A stretch of 64,000 nt of DNA from Bacteroidetes bacterium 37-13 (lineage in GTDB: Bacteria; Bacteroidota; Bacteroidia; Chitinophagales; LD1), in NCBI GenBank assembly GCA_001897535.1, contig MKTC01000019.1, positions 26,535 to 90,534 of the forward strand, given 5' to 3'. A model generated the notes under the pieces. It did no database searches. It was not told the DNA's origin and worked only from the letters and a program-made list of their open reading frames with translations. The translations under genes and the position numbers were made by a program. Of this stretch, positions 40,504 to 50,300 are shown piece by piece. How positions within the stretch are numbered: the stretch's first letter is position 1; the number at the start of each line of letters is the position of its first letter.

Positions 40504-40812
40504 ATGTCAAGCCAAAGAATAAGAATTAAATTAAAAAGCTACGACCATAATTTGGTTGATAAAAGCGCAGAAAGAATTGTGAAAACTGTAAAAAGTACAG
40601 GCGCTGTAGTTAGCGGCCCGGTGCCACTTCCTTCTTTGAAGAAAGTGTTTACGGTAAACAGATGTCCACACGTAAACTCTAACTCAAAAGAGCAATTTCA
40701 ATTTTGCACTTACAAGCGTTTGTTAGATATATATTCTTCTACTTCAAAAACAGTAGATGCCTTAATGAAGTTAGAGCTTCCAAGTGGCGTTGAAGTAGAA
40801 ATTAAAGCGTAG
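40504..40812 (+). CDS. rpsJ: 30S ribosomal protein S10
   Basis: '[22 protein letters not shown]...GPVPLP...YKRLLDI' is the S10 pattern. Confidence 0.95.
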   Translation: MSSQRIRIKLKSYDHNLVDKSAERIVKTVKSTGAVVSGPVPLPSLKKVFTVNRCPHVNSNSKEQFQFCTYKRLLDIYSSTSKTVDALMKLELPSGVEVEIKA

Positions 40813-40873
40813 TATTTTTTCATTTATGTTCCTTAAAAAAAAAACTTGTAGGAACCGCTAAAAACAAATAAAC

Positions 40874-41491
40874 ATGAAAGGAATTATTGGTAAAAAAGTT
40901 GGCATGACAAGTGTTTTCGATAATGGAAAGCACCTTGCCGTAACTGTGGTTCAAGCTGGACCATGTGTAATTACTCAAGTTAAAACTGAAGAAACTGATG
41001 GCTACAATGCTGTGCAGTTAGCTTTTGACGAGAAGAAAGAAAAAAATACTACAAAACCATTAGTAGGTCATTTTAAGAAAGCAAATACTACTCCTAAAAG
41101 AAAAGTAGTTGAAATCCGCAACTTTGATTTAGGAGGAAACTTAGGAGATGTTTTAAGTGCTGATGTATTTAGCGTAGGCGAAAAAATTAGCGTTGTTGGC
41201 ATCTCTAAAGGAAAAGGATTTCAAGGTGTTGTAAAGCGCCACGGATTTAGTGGTGTTGGTATGGGCTCTCACGGGCAACATGACCGCCAACGTGCTCCGG
41301 GTTCTGTGGGTGCATCATCTGATCCAAGCCGTGTTTTGAAAGGATTAAGAATGGCAGGAAGAATGGGAGGCGAGCGCGTGAAAGTTGCTAACCTTAAAGT
41401 AGTACAAGTATTGGCTGATAAGAACATTATCCTTGTAAAAGGCGCTGTTCCTGGACATAATGGCTCTTATGTAGTTATTGAAAGCCTTTAG
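40874..41491 (+). CDS. rplC: 50S ribosomal protein L3
   Basis: '[13 protein letters not shown]...[15 protein letters not shown]' and '[13 protein letters not shown]' are L3 signatures. Confidence 0.95.
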   Translation: MKGIIGKKVGMTSVFDNGKHLAVTVVQAGPCVITQVKTEETDGYNAVQLAFDEKKEKNTTKPLVGHFKKANTTPKRKVVEIRNFDLGGNLGDVLSADVFSVGEKISVVGISKGKGFQGVVKRHGFSGVGMGSHGQHDRQRAPGSVGASSDPSRVLKGLRMAGRMGGERVKVANLKVVQVLADKNIILVKGAVPGHNGSYVVIESL

Positions 41492-41513
41492 TATCAATAA
41501 AATAAATTTTAGA

Positions 41514-41547
41514 GCGGTTGTTTCTGTAAAGGAACAGCCGCTTTTTT
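41514..41547. terminator. Strong hairpin terminator immediately after rplC
   Basis: gcggttgtttc tgtaaa ggaacagccgc (11-bp stem, two G-U pairs) followed by T6. The A-run on the other side could serve the minus-strand gene fragment. Confidence 0.75.
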
Positions 41548-41632
41548 ATTTAATCTTGTTATAAATATTCTGTTTTAACCGCAAATAGACAGTAGGGCTT
41601 AGGTTCTCAAGAGTAAAGTTATGGTATAGTAC

Positions 41633-41812
41633 TTACTCTTTTAGTACTTTGCGAATGTATCTTTCTCCGCTTAATAACTGAATATGGAAAAAATATAAAC
41701 CTGGAGAGAAATTACTCATGTCAATTCTATAGCCTATTAAAGTGTTAATGCACTCTACTTTTTGTTGTTGCCCACGTATATCACAAATGTTAATTTGGCT
41801 TAATTTACTGTC
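41633..41812 (-). pseudogene. Orphan 3' fragment of a T9SS-secreted protein gene (type A C-terminal sorting domain only)
   Basis: The minus-strand frame reads 'DSKLSQINICDIRGQQQKVECINTLIGYRIDMSNFSPGLYFFHIQLLSGERYIRKVLKE*'. This matches the T9SS CTD pattern (I.I.D..G..V....ID.S....G.Y........K). There is an in-frame stop just upstream and no start codon. Confidence 0.6.
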
Positions 41813-41864
41813 TTAATTTTGGGGGACACTATAAATAATGATTTTGAATAGCATTTAATATTTT

Positions 41865-42413
41865 ACCCGTTGAGCATTTAAATAAATGGTAAAAAAAGTA
41901 TTTATTTGAACTAATTCTTTATATCTAATTGATAATAAGATAGTTAAAATAATAAATAATTTATATGAAAACTACGAGAAAGTTTTAAACACGCTCCGTC
42001 AAATTTCAGAAGAACAACTATTACCTCTTCAACGAAGAAGACCAAAGTTGTCTGATATTGAACTGGTGAGCCTAAATCTAACAGCCAAATATGGATGGAT
42101 TGACAGTGAAAGTGCAAACTCCCTCCATCATTACACAAGCAAATAGAGGCAGTGTTTACAATAGAAGAAAGCGTAAATTACTTCCTTTCATTCGACAAAT
42201 TCAACAGCGATTAGCAGAGTAATTTACGAGTTTTAAAACTATTTTTTGATAGATAGCATGCTGTTAGAAATCTGTAAAAATATAAGAAGTAATAGGGCTA
42301 AAATCTCTAGAGGAGTAATAGCTGCTTTACACTCATTCAGTTCATCAATAAATTTATCTTAACAGAAACATCAACAACATTAAAAGTAACATTGTTTAAA
42401 ATGCACAACGGGT
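41865..42413 (+). mobile_element. Decayed, internally deleted IS982-family element (about 550 bp) retaining terminal inverted repeats
   Basis: Left end ACCCGTTGAGCATTTAAA; right-end reverse complement ACCCGTTGTGCATTTTAAA. Between them are transposase remnants in shifting frames. They read 'YENYEKVLNTLRQISEEQLLPLQRRRPKLSDIELVSLNLTAKYGWIDSE', 'SVYNRRKRKLLPFIRQIQQRLAE', 'YFLIDSMLLEICK' and then directly the extreme C-terminus 'TLIQFINKFI / LNRNINNIKSNIV*'. The DDE core is missing. Confidence 0.7.
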
Positions 42414-42610
42414 TATAAGTTATGAATTACTTTAAAACCAGATGCAGTAAGCTTTGCAACTATTTTACTTAGCGCCCATTGGCTATTTAGGGTTGAATGA
42501 GTGAATAGGAGATTGTTTTTAGATATTTAAAATGTATTGAAAAGTACTTGTTAATGCAATGTGTGAAGATATGGTTTGTGATTTTGAGAAATTAAAATAG
42601 GTTTATCGCA

Positions 42611-43198
42611 ATGAGTAAGAATATTTGGAGTTACGAATACGAGAAAGACAAGCAAATTACGCCAGGAAAGTTGCTTTTGTCGGAGCCTTTTATGCTTGAT
42701 GAAAATTTTAGCAGAACGGTAGTGTTGGTGTGTGAACACGATATGGAAAATGGCACTATGGGTTTAATATTAAACAAACCTGTAAAAATACGTTTGAATG
42801 AAATTGTGCCAACGCTTCCGCCATTTGCTGGTAAAATATATTTGGGCGGCCCGGTGGGTACTGATACGATGCAGTTTGTACATCGCTTAGGCGAAAAAAT
42901 TGAAGGCAGTGTAGAGCTTGCTGATGGGCTTTTTTGGGGCGGCAGTTTTGAACAAATAAAATTGCTGATAGAAAACAACAATGTGAAGCCCGATGATATT
43001 GCATTCTACATTGGTTATTCGGGTTGGGGAGCTGAGCAAATTCAAGATGAAATGAAGAGTAGCTCATGGATAATTTCACAAGCTAAAGCCTCATATATTT
43101 TCAATTACCAAGATAATATTTGGCGTGAAGCACTAAAGGAAATGGGCGGTATATATGCAACTATGGCGGGCTATCCTGAAAATCCGATTTTGAATTAG
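42611..43198 (+). CDS. YqgE/AlgH-family protein (UPF0301)
   Basis: 'GKLLLSEPFMLDENFSRTVVLVCEHDMENGTMGLILNKP' and 'YLGGPV' are family hallmarks. Confidence 0.8.
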   Translation: MSKNIWSYEYEKDKQITPGKLLLSEPFMLDENFSRTVVLVCEHDMENGTMGLILNKPVKIRLNEIVPTLPPFAGKIYLGGPVGTDTMQFVHRLGEKIEGSVELADGLFWGGSFEQIKLLIENNNVKPDDIAFYIGYSGWGAEQIQDEMKSSSWIISQAKASYIFNYQDNIWREALKEMGGIYATMAGYPENPILN

Positions 43199-43200
43199 TT

Positions 43201-44400
43201 ATGAAGTGGAATTTAAACACAATTTCTATTAAGATTTTGTTGTGTTGTTGTTTGTTTTTTGTGCAGTTTAAATCTGCAAGAGCATTGCAGCTTTCTGATT
43301 CTGCACAAGTATCGTTGCTCACGGTTGCACCCGGCAGCGAACTGTATTCAGCATTTGGGCATAGTGGTATTCGGGTAAAGGATTTCAAACAAAATATTGA
43401 TGCTGTCTTTAACTATGGAACTTTCAATTTTTATCAGCCTAATTTTTATGTAAATTTTGTGCGCGGCAGATTGCTGTATATGATTGACGTTGGTTCATTT
43501 GATGATTTTATGGCAATGTATGAATATGAGGAGAGGAGTGTGGAAGAAGATGTTTTAAACTTAACAAACGAAGAGCAACAACGCATATTTGCCTTTTTGG
43601 TGCACAATGCGCAGCCAGAGAATAGAGATTATCGCTACGAGTTTTTTTTTGATAATTGCGCCACTCGAATTAGAGATGTTTTTGAAAGTGAGTTAGAAGG
43701 CAAATTGCACTTTAATTATAGTGGATTTGATACTACCAAAACACTTAGGCAAATGCTGGATTTATATGTAAATAACAGCCATTGGGTTCAGTTTGGTTTT
43801 TACTTAATTTTGGGTTTGCCATGCGATGTTGTTGCTACTCCACGCACGCAAGCATTTCTGCCCGATTATTTACAGAAGACATTTAAGCAAGCAAGTTTAG
43901 AAACAGAAAGCGGAAGTAAGCCTTTTGTGAGTCAATCGCATACTTTATTAAAGTATCCTTTGCCTACAAAGAGCAATGATTTTTTTACGCCAGTAAACTG
44001 TCTTTTAGTGCTTTTAGTTTTTGTAATTGCTATTACCGTAATTGAAGTGAAGCGCAATAAGCACTATTTTAGCTTTGACTTTTTGTTGTTTTTTATTGCA
44101 GGTTTATTAGGCACTTTTTTCTTGGGAATGTGGGCTTTCACAGAACATTATTCTGTGGCTGAAAACTTGAATGTGCTATGGGCAATTCCATTCTTTTTAC
44201 CGCTTTCGTTTTTGCTTTTTTTTAAACGCTTTAGGCTTTTTAATTTTCAATGGTTACGCATTATTTATGTGTGGTTACTGCTACTTTTGCCGTTGCAATT
44301 TATTTTGCCACAACCATTTTATATTGGCATTTCGCTTGTGATACTTTCGCTTGTAATACGAGCGTGGAGCGGAGCAAGATTTTTAGGTAAGTTGAAATAA
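43201..44400 (+). CDS. DUF4105 (Lnb N-terminal periplasmic domain) protein with C-terminal membrane region
   Basis: 'VSLLTVAPGSELYSAFGHSGIRV...NYG.F' is the DUF4105 signature. Four or five TM segments lie at the C-terminus. Only 2 nt separate it from the upstream gene. Confidence 0.7.
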   Translation: MKWNLNTISIKILLCCCLFFVQFKSARALQLSDSAQVSLLTVAPGSELYSAFGHSGIRVKDFKQNIDAVFNYGTFNFYQPNFYVNFVRGRLLYMIDVGSFDDFMAMYEYEERSVEEDVLNLTNEEQQRIFAFLVHNAQPENRDYRYEFFFDNCATRIRDVFESELEGKLHFNYSGFDTTKTLRQMLDLYVNNSHWVQFGFYLILGLPCDVVATPRTQAFLPDYLQKTFKQASLETESGSKPFVSQSHTLLKYPLPTKSNDFFTPVNCLLVLLVFVIAITVIEVKRNKHYFSFDFLLFFIAGLLGTFFLGMWAFTEHYSVAENLNVLWAIPFFLPLSFLLFFKRFRLFNFQWLRIIYVWLLLLLPLQFILPQPFYIGISLVILSLVIRAWSGARFLGKLK

Positions 44401-44401
44401 A

Positions 44402-45034
44402 ATGAAAGAACAATCTATCGTTACAACTCGCACTGCGCGCTATTTTACATTAGGAAAATTGAATGAAAACACCAAAGAAGTTTGGATTGTGTTGCATGGC
44501 TTTGCACAGCTTGCAAGTAACTTTATTCAAAAGTTTGAGCCTTTTTTTAATGAAGATAAATTTATTGTTGCGCCAGAAGCCTTAAATAGATTTTATACCA
44601 AAGGACACAGTGGAAATGTTGGTGCAACTTGGCTCACCAAAGAAGCGCGATTAGATGATATAAAAGACAACAATCAATATTTAGATAATTTGATTGCTGA
44701 ATTTAAAATTGATAGAACACGAACAAAGATTGTAACACTTGGCTTCTCACAAGGAGTAGCAACGCTTACGCGCTGGTTAAACGTGTCGGAATTTAAGCCG
44801 GATTATTTGGTTTTATTTGCAGGTGAAATAGCTTACGAGCTACAAACAAAGCCGCTTCCTAAATATTTTGCTACAGTAAAAAGCTATTTGGTTTACGGTA
44901 CAAAAGATCCTTTGTTGCCATCGTTTGCGCCAGATTTTTTAAATGAACTTTTAGCAGAAACAGACTTTGAAACAATAACGTTTGAAGGGGGACACGAAAT
45001 AAATATAGAAGCACTAAGAAAGATAAAGTTATAG
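44402..45034 (+). CDS. Alpha/beta hydrolase (phospholipase/carboxylesterase-type esterase)
   Basis: Nucleophile elbow 'GFSQG' and a C-terminal 'GGHEI' His. It is tightly coupled to the DUF4105 gene. Confidence 0.7.
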   Translation: MKEQSIVTTRTARYFTLGKLNENTKEVWIVLHGFAQLASNFIQKFEPFFNEDKFIVAPEALNRFYTKGHSGNVGATWLTKEARLDDIKDNNQYLDNLIAEFKIDRTRTKIVTLGFSQGVATLTRWLNVSEFKPDYLVLFAGEIAYELQTKPLPKYFATVKSYLVYGTKDPLLPSFAPDFLNELLAETDFETITFEGGHEINIEALRKIKL

Positions 45035-45682
45035 TTAGTTCTTTATCCATTTAATAGTGCTAAATTCTCCATTAAGTTTTTCAATTTGAATAAAGTATAG
45101 TCCCGCATTTAATATCGGCAATGCAATTGGGGTATTTTTGTTTTGTGTATTGAAAATTTCTTGCCCTGATAGATTAAAAATTCTTACTTGTTTAAGAAGA
45201 TTATTATCGGTGTTTGTTTTTAAATTATTATTCCAAACAAAGTAATTTGTTTCTGATAAACTATTGTCTTCGATATTACTTAGATTGTCTTTTACAAAAA
45301 TGAAATCGGCAACTTGATTCCCCGCAGTGCCGCTGAAAATAGGCCACACTACCACAACTTCAGGACCCGGTTTAAAATATTGCGGTTGCACATCAATGGA
45401 AATTGTACGTTGGATACTGCCAGCAGGAGGAATTTGAACTGTTCCCAAGTTTAGGCTATCGTAACTTGTAGAATTTGAGCCTTTAAACGCAATAAATAAT
45501 GTGCCGGAAAAGGTAATGGAATCTTGGTTGGTGATTTCTGTGGCATAAGAAATAGTGTCGCCATAGCTTACGCGAAATGGCGGTTGCGTTACCAATGGAT
45601 TAATTGATAAATCAATACTTGTTTGCGATTGGGCAACAAGCGAAGCGCTAAGAATGAATAGAATATGTAGGAACTTCCGCAT
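45035..45682 (-). CDS. Secreted hypothetical protein with T9SS type A C-terminal sorting domain
   Basis: Signal peptide 'ILSASLVAQSQ'. C-terminus 'VRIFNLSGQEIF...LNAGLYFIQIEKLNGEFSTIKWIKN'. Confidence 0.65.
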   Translation of the reverse strand: MRKFLHILFILSASLVAQSQTSIDLSINPLVTQPPFRVSYGDTISYATEITNQDSITFSGTLFIAFKGSNSTSYDSLNLGTVQIPPAGSIQRTISIDVQPQYFKPGPEVVVVWPIFSGTAGNQVADFIFVKDNLSNIEDNSLSETNYFVWNNNLKTNTDNNLLKQVRIFNLSGQEIFNTQNKNTPIALPILNAGLYFIQIEKLNGEFSTIKWIKN

Positions 45683-45784
45683 AATTTTTATTTCTATTTT
45701 CTAATAGGTGTTTTAAAGATACGTAACCGTTGCAAGAGAATTAAATTTATTTTATTTATTCTTACGTATTCAAAATTGAATTTT

Positions 45785-47230
45785 ATGGATGCGCTTCAAC
45801 AAATCATTCAGTCTTTAAACAAAGAAGAAGTTCGATATTTTAAAATATATCTTTCGCGAATAAGCGTGAAAGGAGAGCGAAAAGATGCGCAACTTTTTGA
45901 TTTGATACGAAGTGATGAAAAGAGTTTTAGTAATGATAAAGCTGCTGCAAAACTTCACTATGCAGAAATGAATGCGTTTTATCGTTTAAAGAACAGATTG
46001 CAAGAAGATATTTGCGATGCAATTGCATTACTTCATAGCAGTAAGGTTGAAGCTAACAGTCTTTTTAGAGAGATGATGTTGTTTGAAACTTTTCAGGCAA
46101 AAGGGAATTTGCAGCTTTCGGTTTATTTTTTAAAACGGGCTGAAAAATTAGCAACTATAACTGAAAATTTAGAAGTGTTGGATTGGATATATTCCAACTA
46201 CATAAAACTGTCAAGTGATTATCCTGAAATAAAACCCGAAATTTATATTGAGAAGCAAAAAGAAAATGCCCTTCACTTAAACCGATTGCGAACCATAGAC
46301 CAAGCTCTGGCTACGGTAATCTATCGCTTAAAAACAGCGCAAACATTTGGGCAAAAACCTACTGCGCTACTTCAAATGTTGAATAAATCTGTTAAGGAGT
46401 TTAGCAGAGATAATTTTTTAGATTCAAGCAAAATTTTTCAAACACGCTTGTACCGCGCGGTAAGCCAGCAGTTGCTGCAAACACACAATTATTTTCAGTT
46501 AGAAAAATATATGCTCAATACTATTTCTGTTTTTGAAACAAAGCAATGGTTTGATAAAAATAATCACGATGTAAAATTGCAAATGCGTGTTTATTTAACC
46601 AATGTGTTATTTAGAAACGAGAAGTATGAAGAGTCACTTGCAGAAGCCGATAAACTTGGGCGTGAAATTTTAGAATATGGTAAAACGAACTATTCAAAAT
46701 ATGTTTTTTACTACTATAATGCACTTTACATCAACTATGCCAAAACAGATTTGAATAAAGCCATCAAAGCGTTAGATGAATTAGATAAAGTGATGAAGGG
46801 AATGAAGAATAGCTATTATGAACAGTTTATTTTACTGAATAAATCAACCTTGTTTTTTGAATTGAAAAAGTACAATGATGCTATTCGGCAATTAGTTCGT
46901 TTATATATAAACGATAGCTATAAAAATGCTTCTCCAATATTTAAGCTTAAAATTTCTGTTGCTGAATTGATTATGCAATACGAAAGTGCAGATTTAAAAG
47001 CATTTAAAAATAGGCTTGAACAAGTAAGAAAAGATTTTGATTTAGTATTGAGAAAACGCGAAGGTGTTCGCGATAAAGATTTTCTTAAAATACTTGAATT
47101 ACTAAGTGAAGATAATCTTTTAGTTAATAAATATTACAACAGATTTATTAAGAAGTATAAAAATAGTAATGAAGGAAACGAGTTGTTGAATTATGAAAAG
47201 TGGCTTTATTTAAAATTTGAGGACAAGTAA
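45785..47230 (+). CDS. Hypothetical all-alpha (TPR-like) protein, possible regulator/scaffold
   Basis: About 480 aa with no signal peptide. It is helical and repeat-like throughout (heptad-rich, Y/L/K-rich). ATG at 45785 is preferred over the track TTG at 45776. It sits directly upstream of the adhesin pair on the same strand. Confidence 0.45.
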   Translation: MDALQQIIQSLNKEEVRYFKIYLSRISVKGERKDAQLFDLIRSDEKSFSNDKAAAKLHYAEMNAFYRLKNRLQEDICDAIALLHSSKVEANSLFREMMLFETFQAKGNLQLSVYFLKRAEKLATITENLEVLDWIYSNYIKLSSDYPEIKPEIYIEKQKENALHLNRLRTIDQALATVIYRLKTAQTFGQKPTALLQMLNKSVKEFSRDNFLDSSKIFQTRLYRAVSQQLLQTHNYFQLEKYMLNTISVFETKQWFDKNNHDVKLQMRVYLTNVLFRNEKYEESLAEADKLGREILEYGKTNYSKYVFYYYNALYINYAKTDLNKAIKALDELDKVMKGMKNSYYEQFILLNKSTLFFELKKYNDAIRQLVRLYINDSYKNASPIFKLKISVAELIMQYESADLKAFKNRLEQVRKDFDLVLRKREGVRDKDFLKILELLSEDNLLVNKYYNRFIKKYKNSNEGNELLNYEKWLYLKFEDK

Positions 47231-47341
47231 TTTTATATTATTTTGGATAGGTAAGAAAATAGTTTGTTTTTTTTAGAACTATTAAAATGAGATTTACTTT
47301 TGTTGTGCAAATAGTATTTCATTAAAACAAAAAATGATTGT

Positions 47342-50300
47342 ATGAAACCAAAAATTAAACTTATGCTGAGCATGCTGCTGGTAATGTTTTCAGCAATAGC
47401 ATTGCGAGCGCAAGTAGCTTGCGAAGCAAATTTCCAGTGGAGTGTAAATCCCAATGGGGTTTATTCCTTTTACGACTCTTCGTTTACGGCACAGGGATAT
47501 GTTATTTCCCAATACCAATGGAATTTTGGAAATGGATATACAAGTGTAGTGCAGAACCCAACTCAGCAATTTACCACAGCCGGAACATACAATGTTTGCT
47601 TGGTAATTACATCGCAGTTGCAAGGCTCTACAATTACATGCGTAGATACCGTATGTAAATCTATTGTGGTTGGTTGTTCTACTTATATTGGGGGAAGTTT
47701 TAACTTTACTGTTCAGCAGCAAACGGTTGCTTTTTCTTCTAATTATTCCAGCAATTATCCACCTTTAAGCTATACATGGGTATTTGGAGATGGAGCAAGT
47801 TCTTCACTTCCTAATCCAACACACACTTATGCTAACCAGGGAACATATCAAGTTTGCGTTACTGTTTCCGATTCTTTTGGCTGTAGCAAAACGGAGTGTA
47901 AAAATGTGATAATTGGCACTGCAACTTGTAATCTTCAAGCATATTTTACTTCCACTCAGCCTGGACCAAATACGTTAGTGGTAACTTCGCAAACTACAGG
48001 TGGCAATGTTGCTTCTAATATTCATGTTTGGAAATTGAATGGTGTTGTTTTAGGCACAACAACGGGCAATGGAAGTTCTCATACTTTTTCGCCACTACCT
48101 GCCAATACTCCGGATGGAAACCTTCAACTTTGTTTAAGAGTAGAAACTCCAAATGCACCTTGCCAAGATTCGTTTTGTAAAACAATAACTATTTGTAGAG
48201 CTAATGGTGAATTTGCTTACAATGTATTGGCTAATGATACTATTAAGTTTACTCCACCTGCTAATATGGCGAATATTTATTCGCACAAATGGTATGCAAA
48301 TGGCAATTTATTTTCTACTGATATTTCACCCAAAGTTAAGTTTTCAAATAGTTTTGTGGGAATGACGATTTGCCATGTTGTATCGAATGCACAAGTGCCA
48401 TCTTGTAAAGACTCTTTTTGTACTGTTTTGCAAGCGCAACCATGTAATGCAAATGCACAGTTTCAATTTCTTACAGATACTAATGGAATAACTAAATTTT
48501 ATCCTGTAACCAATGCAACAAATTGGAGTCATACTTGGATAATAAATAACGATACTGTTATTCAAAATTCTATTAGTCCGGCATTATATCTTTCACCGGA
48601 TACCTATAATGTATGCCATATTATTGCTCTAAACGGCAATCCAAATTGCATAGATACTATTTGCCAGCAAGTAATTGTGCGCAATGCACCTCCTTGCAAT
48701 TTGCATATAACAATAGCAAAAAGTGTAAATCCAAATATGCAAGTTTTGTTAGAAGCTTCTGCCATAAATATGACCGGAGCTTTTACTTACAATTGGAGTA
48801 ATGGATCTTCAACAAAGGTTATAAATGTTACCAATAACTATGGTGTTTATTGCGTTACCGTTACTGAAGCTGGTAGCGGATGTACTGCAACTGCTTGTTT
48901 TAACTATCAGCCTAATGCGCCTTTGGATACTATTTGTGGTATTACTTTTAACGATGCCAATGGTAATGGAGTTTTAGATTCAACTGAAAGCCCAATGAGC
49001 ATAAGGATATATATAAATGGGAATGGGCAACAATTATCGGTTGTAAGTGATTCTGTTACCGGAGAGTGGCATGCTTACTTACCTGCCGGAACTTACAATG
49101 TTTGTGCGTATGTAGCAAATTCAGGTACAACAGGCGGTTGGGTTGCTACACTTCCTGTTTCTCAAAACAATAACGGTTTATCGCCATCTGCTTGCTATAC
49201 AGTAAATATAGCGCCTAATCAAAATTTGTGTGGATTCAACTTTGGGTTTCAAAATACTAAAGTTACAATATGCGGATATGTATATATTGATGTAAACGCA
49301 AACGGTGTGAAAGATTCCACAGAGCATGGTATTCAAGGTCAAGCAGTGAAGGTTGGCAACTATACCGTATATACTAATGCCGATGGTTACTACAGAGTGA
49401 ATATTCCTGCTGGAACTTATACCGTAAACTACACACCAATTTCGCCATACACCGGATATACTGCACTACCTGCTAACTACACTATAGCAGCCACCACAAT
49501 TGGGCAGCCGTATTGTGGCAATAATTTTGGTATTCAAGTACCATCAGGGCAGTGCGATGTGGCTGTGGATTTAGCTCCGCTTAGTACGGTAACTCCGGGC
49601 TTTAGAGCAATATACACAATTAAAGTTTTCAATTTGAATGGCTACACAACAAGCGGCTTGCTAACCTTTAATTTTGAACCGGGTTTAACTTTCTATAGTG
49701 CAGCTCCTGCTCAAAGTAGTTTCGATAATAGTGCAGCAACCGTAACTTGGAATGTGAGCAATATTGCTCCGGGAACTTACAAATTATTTACTGTGCGTTT
49801 AAATACGCCACAGAATTTCCAACTTGGCACTCCGGTTTTCAGCTTTGCTGAGTTTACAACCAATGGAAATTGTACAGAAACCAACTTGAATAATAATATA
49901 GATACTACACATCAAACAGTTGTGGCATCTTATGACCCTAACGATAAGCATGTTTCGCCCGAAGGAAATATTGCTAATAACGGACAAGAATTGGCTTATA
50001 CTATTCGCTTCCAAAATACAGGCACCGCACCTGCCGTAAACGTGGTAATTTTAGATACGCTAAACGACAACTTAGATTGGAGTACTTTTGAATTTAAGAA
50101 TGCAAGCCATAGCTGCAATATTCAGCAAGAAGGCAATTTGGTGAGCTTTATATTTAGCAATATTATGTTGCCGGATAGTTTGCAGAACGAAGCAGAAAGT
50201 CATGGCTTTGTAAGCTACAAAATTAAAGCCCAACAAAACTTACCAAATGCTACCCGCATCACCAATAGTGCGGCTATCTATTTCGATTTTAATGAAGCTA

